A DNA stretch of 64,000 nt. It comes from an uncultured Bacteroidota bacterium. GTDB taxonomy: Bacteria > Bacteroidota > Bacteroidia > Flavobacteriales > Flavobacteriaceae. Below the pieces are notes generated by a model. It saw only the letters and a list, made by a program, of their open reading frames with translations. It was not told the origin of the DNA and made no database searches. The stretch covers positions 608 to 64,607 of the forward strand of contig CACJNF010000005.1 in assembly GCA_902594745.1 (NCBI GenBank), in the 5' to 3' direction. Numbering within the stretch: the first letter of the stretch is position 1; each line of letters begins with the position of its first letter. Both the position numbers and the translations under genes were made by a program. Shown piece after piece: positions 56,698 through 64,000 of this stretch.

Positions 56698-58236
56698 TTA
56701 TTCTAACTCAAATTTTATACCCTGGGCTAGTGGAAGTTCAGATGAGAAATTGATTGTATTTGTTTGTCTTCTCATGTAAATTTTCCATGCATCCGAACCA
56801 CTCTCTCTTCCACCACCTGTGTCCTTTTCACCACCGAATGCACCCCCAATTTCTGCACCAGAAGTTCCTATGTTAACATTTGCTATACCACAATCACTTC
56901 CCCAATGGGATAAGAATAATTCAGCATCTTTTAAATTATTTGTCATAATTGCAGATGAAAGCCCTTGATCAACCTCATTTTGAATTTCGATTGCATTCTC
57001 TATATCTCCAGAATATTTAATAAGATATAATATTGGAGCAAACGTTTCAGTATGAACAATTTTTAAAGAATGATCAACTTCTGCAATAACTGGTTTTACA
57101 TAACATCCACTATCATATTGATTTCCAGACAACACACCACCTTCAACTAACCAATTGCCTCCTTCTTTTTCAATCTGAGACAAAGCTTTTTCATAAGATT
57201 TTACAGCATCCAAGTCAATAAGAGGTCCTACATGCATGTTTGAATCAAGTGGATTGCCAATTTTAATTTGACTGTAAGCTTTAACTAGAGCATCTTTAAC
57301 TTTTTCATATACTTTTTCATGAACAATAAGCCTTCTTGTTGAAGTACATCTCTGCCCACAAGTTCCTACTGCACCAAAAACAGTTCCCATAATTGTCATC
57401 TTTAAATCAGCATCAGGGGTCACTATAATTGCATTATTGCCTCCAAGCTCAAGTAAAGTTTTACCTAATCTAGCTCCTACCTTTTCAGCAACAATTTTTC
57501 CCATTCTAGTTGACCCGGTTGCAGATAGAAGAGGTATATTTTTAGATTCAGATAATAACTCACCAATTTTATAATCACCATTAATTAGACATGAAACACC
57601 TTCAGGAATATTATTTTCTTTAAAAACTTCTCCAATTAATTTCTGACAAACAATACTGCATAAAGGAGTCTTTTCACTTGGTTTCCAAATTGTTACATTA
57701 CCACAAACCCAAGCTAATGCAACATTCCAGCTCCAAACAGCAACAGGAAAATTAAATGCAGAAATAATACCAACAACTCCAAGTGGATGATACTGCTCAT
57801 ACATTCTATGTGTAGGTCTTTCAGAGTGCATTGTTAGTCCGTGAAGCTGTCGTGAAAGACCAACTGCAAAATCACATATATCTATCATTTCCTGAACTTC
57901 ACCAAGTCCCTCTTGATATGATTTACCCATTTCATATGATACTAGGGTTCCAAGTAATTCCTTTTCTTCTCTTAATTTATTTCCAAATTGTCTTACTAAT
58001 TCCCCTCTTTTTGGTGCAGGAATTTTTCTAAAATCATAAAAAGCTTTTTTTGAAATACTAATAATATCATCAAAGTCTTTTTTTGAACCACATGATATTT
58101 CTCGAATTAACTTACCATCAACAGGAGATACACTTTCAATGACTTCTCCTGAACCAAACCAATTATTTCCAGTAGAACATCCATTAGTTAATTGATCAAT
58201 ATGATATTTACTAAATAATTTCTCTAAATTTTTCAT
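56698..58236 (-). CDS. Aldehyde dehydrogenase, ALDH7-like (alpha-aminoadipic semialdehyde / piperideine-6-carboxylate dehydrogenase family)
   Basis: Catalytic Glu LELGGNNA and Cys GQRCTSTRRL. The N-terminus resembles the antiquitin-type bacterial enzymes. Subfamily assignment is from memory. Confidence 0.75.
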   Translation of the reverse strand: MKNLEKLFSKYHIDQLTNGCSTGNNWFGSGEVIESVSPVDGKLIREISCGSKKDFDDIISISKKAFYDFRKIPAPKRGELVRQFGNKLREEKELLGTLVSYEMGKSYQEGLGEVQEMIDICDFAVGLSRQLHGLTMHSERPTHRMYEQYHPLGVVGIISAFNFPVAVWSWNVALAWVCGNVTIWKPSEKTPLCSIVCQKLIGEVFKENNIPEGVSCLINGDYKIGELLSESKNIPLLSATGSTRMGKIVAEKVGARLGKTLLELGGNNAIIVTPDADLKMTIMGTVFGAVGTCGQRCTSTRRLIVHEKVYEKVKDALVKAYSQIKIGNPLDSNMHVGPLIDLDAVKSYEKALSQIEKEGGNWLVEGGVLSGNQYDSGCYVKPVIAEVDHSLKIVHTETFAPILYLIKYSGDIENAIEIQNEVDQGLSSAIMTNNLKDAELFLSHWGSDCGIANVNIGTSGAEIGGAFGGEKDTGGGRESGSDAWKIYMRRQTNTINFSSELPLAQGIKFELE

Positions 58237-58238
58237 AG

Positions 58239-59669
58239 TTATATTTTTGATACACGAACAGTATTTACCATACCTTTTTTTTCAATTGGCATTGATGTTA
58301 GGTTTATTACTTTATCATCTTTTTGCAAAAGATTGTTTTCAACAGCTATTTTATTAATTTCTTCAATTGTTCTGTCAGTGCTTTCTGTGCCATCATAATA
58401 AAAAGCTTTTACTCCCCATAATAAATTAAGCTGGGTCAATATTCTCTTATTTGATGTAAAAACTAGAACATGAGTTTTAGGTCTCCAAGAAGAAATTTGA
58501 TATGCTGTATAACCACTATTTGTTAAGGTGCTAATTGCTTTTGCCTTAGTATCATTAGCAATTTTTGCTGCATAATAACAAACTGATTTTGTTATGAACC
58601 TTTCTGAATCATAATCAGTTGGGTGTTTATGTTTTAACGAAATTAAATCTGAGTTTTCAACTTTACCAATAATTTGAGAGATTGATTTAATTACTTCAAC
58701 AGGATGTTCTCCAACTGAAGTTTCTCCTGAAAGCATTACTGCATCTGCACCATCCATTATTGAATTTGCAACATCATTTACTTCTGCTCTATTTGGGTTT
58801 AAGCTCTTCATCATGCTCTCCATCATTTGAGTAGCGATTATTACAGGTATTCTTGCTTTTTTGGCCTTATTAACTAATTTTTTTTGAATTAGTGGGACTT
58901 CTGCTGCGTTAATTTCAACTCCAAGATCACCTCTAGCAACCATAATACCACTAGCAAATTTCATGATTTCATCAATATTCCTAACTCCTTCAGGTTTTTC
59001 AATTTTGGCAATTACTGGGATTCTGTGATTGGTATTTTGATCTAATAATTTTATTAATGACTCTATATCAGATCCATGCCTTACAAATGAAAGTGCAATC
59101 CAATCTACATTTTGTTTTGCAGAAAAAATAGCATCCTCAATATCTTTTTCAGTTAATGCAGGTTGGGAAATATTAGTATTAGGTAGATTAAATCCTTTAT
59201 TAGAAGACAGTATTCCGCCTTGAATTACTTCAGCTGTTATTTGATTTTTTTTGTCTATATCAATAACCTTAAGAATAATTTTGCCATCATCAATAAGAAT
59301 CTTTTCACCTTTCTTAATATCCTTTGCAAGATTATTATAATTAAGGTATAATGTTTTACCATCCCCTTTAAATTCTTTACCAGTCTTAATAATTATATTG
59401 TCTCCATCTTTAAGCTCTGTATTTTCTGAAACTTCTCCTATCCTTAGCTTAGGACCCTGAAGATCAGCAAGAATTGCAGTATTTGTAGATAGTGAATCAT
59501 TAATTTTTCGTATTTCCTTAATTATATTTTCTGCTTCTTTGTGAGTTGAATGAGAAAAGTTAATCCTTAATACATCAACACCTTCTTTAATAAGATTCTC
59601 GATACTCTCAGCTGATGATGAAGCTGGGCCGAGAGTGGCAATTATTTTTGTTTTTTTTATCCTTCTCAT
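58239..59669 (-). CDS. pyk: Pyruvate kinase
   Basis: TKIIATLGPAS, NFSHS, MVARGDLGVE and MLSGETS. Length 476 aa. Confidence 0.95.
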   Translation of the reverse strand: MRRIKKTKIIATLGPASSSAESIENLIKEGVDVLRINFSHSTHKEAENIIKEIRKINDSLSTNTAILADLQGPKLRIGEVSENTELKDGDNIIIKTGKEFKGDGKTLYLNYNNLAKDIKKGEKILIDDGKIILKVIDIDKKNQITAEVIQGGILSSNKGFNLPNTNISQPALTEKDIEDAIFSAKQNVDWIALSFVRHGSDIESLIKLLDQNTNHRIPVIAKIEKPEGVRNIDEIMKFASGIMVARGDLGVEINAAEVPLIQKKLVNKAKKARIPVIIATQMMESMMKSLNPNRAEVNDVANSIMDGADAVMLSGETSVGEHPVEVIKSISQIIGKVENSDLISLKHKHPTDYDSERFITKSVCYYAAKIANDTKAKAISTLTNSGYTAYQISSWRPKTHVLVFTSNKRILTQLNLLWGVKAFYYDGTESTDRTIEEINKIAVENNLLQKDDKVINLTSMPIEKKGMVNTVRVSKI

Positions 59670-60127
59670 ATTTCAAAATTAAAATTTTCAAAAGTTTGTT
59701 CACCAGGCAATCTGTAAGAAAATGATATATGTGGAATTTTTGACATTTTTTCAATCAAATTTGATGTTGAAAAGTAACAGTTTTGTCTAATAAAGAAGTC
59801 AACTCCTTTATGTGATTCAATCAAAGATAACTCTTTTGAGTTTGTGAAACTAAAAAGAGAATCTTTTAGTTTGGAGTCATCACCTTCAATCATATATTTA
59901 TTCTCAAAAAGTTCAAAATCAACTCCTTTTTCATTTATTTTCCATTCAAAACAAGGAACTTTATTTTTACCATCAATAAGAATATCATTTTTTGATCTTA
60001 TAAAATTTGTATAACAGTATTTATTTATTTGGAAAGCAAGAGAGTAGATCTTTAGATTTGAATGAATAGCAATTAATTTGTAATTATACTTTTTTGCTGG
60101 TTCAAGTTTGAAAATTTTTTTGATAAC
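59666..60127 (-). CDS. IPExxxVDY-family protein homologue. The open frame is 154 codons, but the first 78 codons contain no ATG, GTG or TTG.
   Basis: My in-frame translation from the TGA at 60130-60128 is VIKKIFKLEPAKKYNYKLIAIHSNLKIYSLAFQINK...M(59893)IEGDD...LIESHKGVDFFIRQ...FEI. The ORF track reports only the 75-aa C-terminal part. The stop overlaps the pyk ATG (ATGA). Confidence 0.6.
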   Translation of the reverse strand, partial: VIKKIFKLEPAKKYNYKLIAIHSNLKIYSLAFQINKYCYTNFIRSKNDILIDGKNKVPCFEWKINEKGVDFELFENKYMIEGDDSKLKDSLFSFTNSKELSLIESHKGVDFFIRQNCYFSTSNLIEKMSKIPHISFSYRLPGEQTFENFNFEI

Positions 60128-60141
60128 TCAATGAATTATTA

Positions 60142-61395
60142 CTAATTGATCTTTTTAAATATAACACATGCATTATGGCCCCCAAATCCAAATGTATTTG
60201 ACATTGCAATACTTATCTCCCTTTTTTGAGGTGAAGAGAAAGTAAAGTTTAGTTCAGAATCAATACTCTCATCATCATTAAAATGATTAATAGTTGGAGG
60301 TACTATACCATGTTTCATTGCTAGTACACATGAAATAGATTCAACAGCACCAGCAGCTCCTAATAAGTGACCTGTCATTGATTTAGTAGAATTTATATTC
60401 AAATTGTAAGAATGTTCTTGAAAAACATTTTTAACTGCCTTTGACTCTGCTACATCTCCTAATGGTGTAGAGGTACCGTGCATATTGATAAGATCAATAT
60501 CAGTATGATTAAGACCAGCATCATCCAAACAGTTTTTCATCACTTTAATTGCACCTCTTCCATCTGGATGTGGTGCAGTCATATGGTAGGCATCACATGA
60601 TAACCCTCCTCCAGCAAGCTCTGCATAAATTTTAGCCCCTCTATTAATTGCATGTTCATATTCTTCTAAAATTAATGCTCCAGCACCTTCACCTAACACA
60701 AATCCATCCCTGTCTCTGTCGAAAGGTCTAGAAGCTGATCCTGGGTCGTCATTTCTTGTAGATAATGCATGCATAGCATTAAATCCAGCCACACCAGCAA
60801 TTGTAACTGGTGCTTCTGATCCACCTGCAACAATTACATCAGCATGACCAATTCTAATATAATTTAATGCATCGATTAAAGCGTTAGAAGATGAAGCACA
60901 TGCAGATACAGTTGCATAGTTTGGACCCTGAAAACCATATTTCATTGCTATAAGACCAGGGGCAATATCTGGGATCATCTTTGGAATAAAGAAAGGGTTA
61001 AACCTAGGAGTTCCGTCTCCATCAGCAAAATTTAAAACTTCATTTTGAAATGTTTCTAAACCTCCAATTCCAGCTCCCCAAATTACACCTATTCTATCAT
61101 AATTTGGGCTACTATCAATTAATTTGGAATCATTAATTGCCTCACTAGCAGCAACGATTCCATATTGAGAAAAACGGTCATACCTTCTAAATTCCTTTTT
61201 TTCAAAGTGGTCTGCAGGATCAAATCCTTTTAGTTCACAGGCAAACTTTGTTTTAAAATTTGAGGCATCAAAATGTGTGATATTAGCACAGCCACTAGTA
61301 CCACTTATAAGACCATTCCAATATGAGTCTAGGTCATTACCAATTGGAGTTAAAGCTCCCATTCCAGTTACTACAACTCTTCTTGATGTCATCAA
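60142..61395 (-). CDS. fabF: 3-oxoacyl-[acyl-carrier-protein] synthase II
   Basis: Active-site ACASSSNAL and the His motifs HGTSTPLGD and GHLLGAAG. Length 417 aa. It lies downstream of acpP. Confidence 0.95.
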   Translation of the reverse strand: MMTSRRVVVTGMGALTPIGNDLDSYWNGLISGTSGCANITHFDASNFKTKFACELKGFDPADHFEKKEFRRYDRFSQYGIVAASEAINDSKLIDSSPNYDRIGVIWGAGIGGLETFQNEVLNFADGDGTPRFNPFFIPKMIPDIAPGLIAMKYGFQGPNYATVSACASSSNALIDALNYIRIGHADVIVAGGSEAPVTIAGVAGFNAMHALSTRNDDPGSASRPFDRDRDGFVLGEGAGALILEEYEHAINRGAKIYAELAGGGLSCDAYHMTAPHPDGRGAIKVMKNCLDDAGLNHTDIDLINMHGTSTPLGDVAESKAVKNVFQEHSYNLNINSTKSMTGHLLGAAGAVESISCVLAMKHGIVPPTINHFNDDESIDSELNFTFSSPQKREISIAMSNTFGFGGHNACVIFKKIN

Positions 61396-61401
61396 TTAAA
61401 T

Positions 61402-61635
61402 TTATTTTGATTTTTCTATAAACTCAATAGCTTGACCAACAGAAACAATGTTCTCTGCTTGGTCATCGGGTATTTGAATATCGAACTCTTTTTCGAATTC
61501 CATTATTAATTCCACAGTATCTAGAGAATCTGCACCAAGGTCATTTGTAAAACTTGCCTCAGGAACAACTTCATTCTCATCAACCCCTAACTTATCTACT
61601 ATTATTGCTTTTACTCTTGAAGAAATATCTGACAT
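61402..61635 (-). CDS. acpP: Acyl carrier protein
   Basis: [18 protein letters not shown]...[16 protein letters not shown] carries the phosphopantetheine-attachment Ser. The internal ATG 61635 is preferred over the ORF-track start at 61665, which would overlap the promoter box. Confidence 0.95.
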   Translation of the reverse strand: MSDISSRVKAIIVDKLGVDENEVVPEASFTNDLGADSLDTVELIMEFEKEFDIQIPDDQAENIVSVGQAIEFIEKSK

Positions 61636-61662
61636 AATATATTTATTTATGAGTTCAGTTGA

Positions 61663-61670
61663 CAAAATTA
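61663..61670 (-). promoter_or_regulatory. Candidate -7 promoter box (TAATTTTG) for acpP-fabF
   Basis: The minus strand reads TAATTTTG, 27 nt upstream of ATG 61635. Confidence 0.4.
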
Positions 61671-61768
61671 AAAAACTTTAATCAAAACTCGTGTAAAATT
61701 CGAAATTATACCTTTATTTGTTAAATAAAAAAGTTTTTTATAAAAGTTATGAACCGCCCAAATTATTT

Positions 61769-62335
61769 ATGAATAATAAAATTGTAATTTTTATATCTGG
61801 CAGGGGTTCGAACGCCAAAAATATTATCAATTACTTTAATGATAATAATGATTTTCAGGTTTCACATGTCTTCTCAAACAATAAGCGTTCTGATTTTGTC
61901 AATCATATAAAGAATAAAAATGTTCAATACTTTTTATTTGAAGAAGATGAGATTAATGGTAAGGTTTTTAATGAACTTAAAACGATAAATCCTAAGCTAA
62001 TAATTCTAGCAGGTTTTTTAATAAAAATTCCTTCGATATATATAAATTTTTTCAAAAATAAAATTATTAATATTCATCCATCTCTTCTTCCTAAGTATGG
62101 TGGAAAAGGAATGTATGGATTAAATATTCATAAAAAGGTAATTGAAAATGAAGAATCTGAAACAGGTATTTCTATTCACTATGTTTCAGAAGAATATGAT
62201 TCAGGTAAAATTATATTCCAAAAAAAAATAAAAGTTGATAAATATGACACACCAGAAAAACTTGAAGAAAAAATTCATAAGTTAGAGTATGAATATTTTC
62301 CTAAGGTTATAGAATCTCTATTAATAAAATTATGA
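61769..62335 (+). CDS. purN: Phosphoribosylglycinamide formyltransferase
   Basis: IVIFISGRGSN and INIHPSLLPKYGG. ATG 61769 is preferred over the ORF-track TTG at 61718. Confidence 0.9.
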   Translation: MNNKIVIFISGRGSNAKNIINYFNDNNDFQVSHVFSNNKRSDFVNHIKNKNVQYFLFEEDEINGKVFNELKTINPKLIILAGFLIKIPSIYINFFKNKIINIHPSLLPKYGGKGMYGLNIHKKVIENEESETGISIHYVSEEYDSGKIIFQKKIKVDKYDTPEKLEEKIHKLEYEYFPKVIESLLIKL

Positions 62336-62793
62336 ATAAGTCAATTACTATTTATACAGATGGTTCTTCTATTGGAAACCCTGGACCTGGTGGTTATGGA
62401 ATAGTTATGTTAGTAGAAGGTGAAGATTATAAAAAAGAATTTAGTCAGGGATTCAAATTAACAACTAACAACAGGATGGAGCTTTTAGCGGTAATAATTG
62501 CCCTTGAAAAAATCAAAATTAAAAATTCTAATGTTACTATATTTACTGACTCAAAATATGTTTCAGATGCAGTTGAGAAAGGTTGGGTATTTGATTGGGA
62601 GAGAAAAAATTTTAAGAATAAAAAAAATCCAGATTTATGGATGCGGTTTTTAAATATTTACAATGAGCATAAAATTAAATTTCATTGGGTTAAAGGACAC
62701 AGCAATGATTTTTATAATGATAGGTGTGATCTTTTAGCAAATAATGCTGCAAAAAGTTCAAACCTAATTGAAGATTCAGGGTATAACAACTAA
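62332..62793 (+). CDS. rnhA: Ribonuclease HI
   Basis: IYTDGSSIGNPGPGGYG, TNNRMEL and KGHSN...NDRCDLLA carry the DEDD catalytic residues. Length 153 aa. Confidence 0.9.
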   Translation: MNKSITIYTDGSSIGNPGPGGYGIVMLVEGEDYKKEFSQGFKLTTNNRMELLAVIIALEKIKIKNSNVTIFTDSKYVSDAVEKGWVFDWERKNFKNKKNPDLWMRFLNIYNEHKIKFHWVKGHSNDFYNDRCDLLANNAAKSSNLIEDSGYNN

Positions 62794-62803
62794 AATTAAT
62801 TAA

Positions 62804-63706
62804 ATGTCAAACAAATCATTACTAATAGTGGCTTCATTAGCATATGATGGAATCGAAACCAGTGAATATAAAGTTGATCGAACTTTAGGTGGAGCAGGAT
62901 CATTCATTTGTTTGTCTGTAAAACATTTTGAATGTAATTCTTCAATAATTTCAGTTGTAGGTAATGATTTTCATAGTGAAGATCTAGAGTTACTTAGATC
63001 CTGTGGTGTGGATATATCAGGAATAGAAATTATTAAAGATGATAAAACTTTTTATTGGAGCTGTATCTATAAAAATAATTTTAAAGATAGAATAACAACA
63101 AAAACTGAATTGAATGTTATGGCCAACTTTAATCCAGTTATATCTAAATCAAACTCAACTCCTGACATTTTGTTGCTAGGTAATCTTCATCCTGAGATTC
63201 AGCTTAATGCTATAAAGCAAATAAAGAAAAAACCTGAACTTATTATTCTAGATACAATGAATTACTGGATTGAAAACTTTTGGGACACTCTTAAGGTGGT
63301 AATCAATAATTCCGACTTAATTTCTATAAATGACGAAGAATCAGAAATGATAACAGGTGAGAAAGACCTTGAAAAAGCAGCAGAAATTCTTCATAGTATG
63401 GGTCCTAAGTTTGTAATAATTAAAAAAGCAGCAGATGGTGCTGAACTATTTAATTTTGAGAATAAATTTAAGTCTAATGCATTTAAAGTTGCAAAGGTAG
63501 TTGACCCAACCGGAGCAGGAGATTGTTTTATAGGAGGTATTGCAGGTTATCTTACTCAATCAGAAGAAATTACGTTTGATACCATTAAATCTGCAATTGC
63601 TTATGGTACAGCAATAGCCTCTTATAATGTAGAAAATATGGGAACAAAAAACTTATTAAATTTGTCAATGGATGACATTAAAATCAGAACCAATAAATTA
63701 AATTAA
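62804..63706 (+). CDS. PfkB-family (ribokinase-like) carbohydrate/nucleoside kinase, substrate unknown
   Basis: C-terminal PfkB signature VVDPTGAGDCFIGG. Length 300 aa. Confidence 0.8.
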   Translation: MSNKSLLIVASLAYDGIETSEYKVDRTLGGAGSFICLSVKHFECNSSIISVVGNDFHSEDLELLRSCGVDISGIEIIKDDKTFYWSCIYKNNFKDRITTKTELNVMANFNPVISKSNSTPDILLLGNLHPEIQLNAIKQIKKKPELIILDTMNYWIENFWDTLKVVINNSDLISINDEESEMITGEKDLEKAAEILHSMGPKFVIIKKAADGAELFNFENKFKSNAFKVAKVVDPTGAGDCFIGGIAGYLTQSEEITFDTIKSAIAYGTAIASYNVENMGTKNLLNLSMDDIKIRTNKLN

Positions 63707-64000
63707 GTGAGTGATCAACTAAAACATGAATGTGGGATTTCATTGATCCACTTAAAAAAACCACTTGACTTTTATACGCAAAAATATGGTTCACACATGT
63801 ATGGTGTGGATAAGATGTTCTTGATGATGGAAAAACAAAAAAACCGTGGCCAAGATGGTGCTGGCTATGCAAGTATAAAATTTGACTTAAACCCAGGACA
63901 AAAATATTTTTATAGAGTAAGATCATTTGAACAACAGGCAATTCACTCAATCTTTAAAAAGATTAATAAAAAAGTTAATTCATTCATAAAATCTGAAAAA
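63707..64000 (+). CDS. purF: Amidophosphoribosyltransferase (class II glutamine amidotransferase), N-terminal fragment truncated by the window edge
   Basis: Not in the ORF track. The GTG at 63707 directly follows the pfkB stop. My translation is (M)SDQLKHECGISLIHLKKPLDFYTQKYGSHMYGVDKMFLMMEKQKNRGQDGAGYASIK..., with a propeptide followed by the catalytic Cys-Gly and the RGQDGAG motif. Confidence 0.8.
   Translation, partial: MSDQLKHECGISLIHLKKPLDFYTQKYGSHMYGVDKMFLMMEKQKNRGQDGAGYASIKFDLNPGQKYFYRVRSFEQQAIHSIFKKINKKVNSFIKSEK

Noticed and set aside
61725-61741. A8/T8 palindrome ATAAAAAAgTTTTTTAT between acpP and purN.
   Set aside because: It is composed entirely of A/T bases with a 1-nt centre. 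It cannot form a stable hairpin and looks like a low-complexity feature of AT-rich spacers.
1-64000. Window-wide look for CRISPR arrays, tRNA/rRNA genes, transposases, integrases, phage genes, toxin-antitoxin pairs and known defence-system signatures.
   Set aside because: None was found. All spacers are at most 137 nt, no repeat-spacer periodicity is visible, and every ORF over 100 aa that is not antisense noise has a housekeeping or metabolic assignment. The region behaves as core chromosome rather than an accessory island.

Overview
The window is a visibly AT-rich (roughly 30% G+C by eye, not computed), extremely gene-dense chromosomal segment. My gene calls leave only about 1.3 kb of 64 kb non-coding. 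The lineage looks like a streamlined Bacteroidota/Flavobacteriia genome. This rests on the rplM-rpsI-rpsB-tsf order, the MoxR/DUF58/BatABCDE operon, DUF3127/DUF3078/IPExxxVDY family genes, TAnnTTTG promoter boxes, and many lipoprotein and TonB-dependent features.

The content is overwhelmingly core housekeeping:
- Translation: tsf, rpsB, rpsI, rplM, aspS, pheS, tadA, hflX.
- Replication and repair: polA, rnhA.
- Fe-S assembly: sufBCDSE plus a DUF59 gene.
- Lipid metabolism: acpP, fabF, lpxH.
- Purine synthesis: purN, purF.
- Cofactor genes: nadD, thiL, a pnuC-like gene, a PPTase.
- Central metabolism: pyk, an ALDH, ahcY.
- Efflux: one TetR-TolC-MFP-RND operon.

I found no tRNA or rRNA genes, CRISPR arrays, transposases, integrases, phage genes or recognisable defence genes.

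I do not see an unambiguous novel system. These are the most interesting things I can support:
1. A roughly 8.4 kb locus (33859-42213) combines Gfo/Idh/MocA, two xylose-isomerase-like TIM barrels, DUF1080, a GMC flavoprotein with a Tat-signal small subunit, a NupG-family permease, a lipoprotein cytochrome c and an azurin. It looks like an oxidative, hydrolase-free glycoside-processing pathway wired to periplasmic electron carriers.
2. A DUF3127 protein ends in an SSB-type acidic ...DDLPF tail.
3. A clear TPP riboswitch controls only a TonB-dependent receptor, next to a PnuC-like permease and NadR-type kinase pair.
4. An IPExxxVDY-family ORF has no canonical start codon anywhere in its first 78 codons.
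5. A strong hairpin plus U-tract sits just upstream of greA.

All functional calls come from motif and family recognition by eye. No searches were run.
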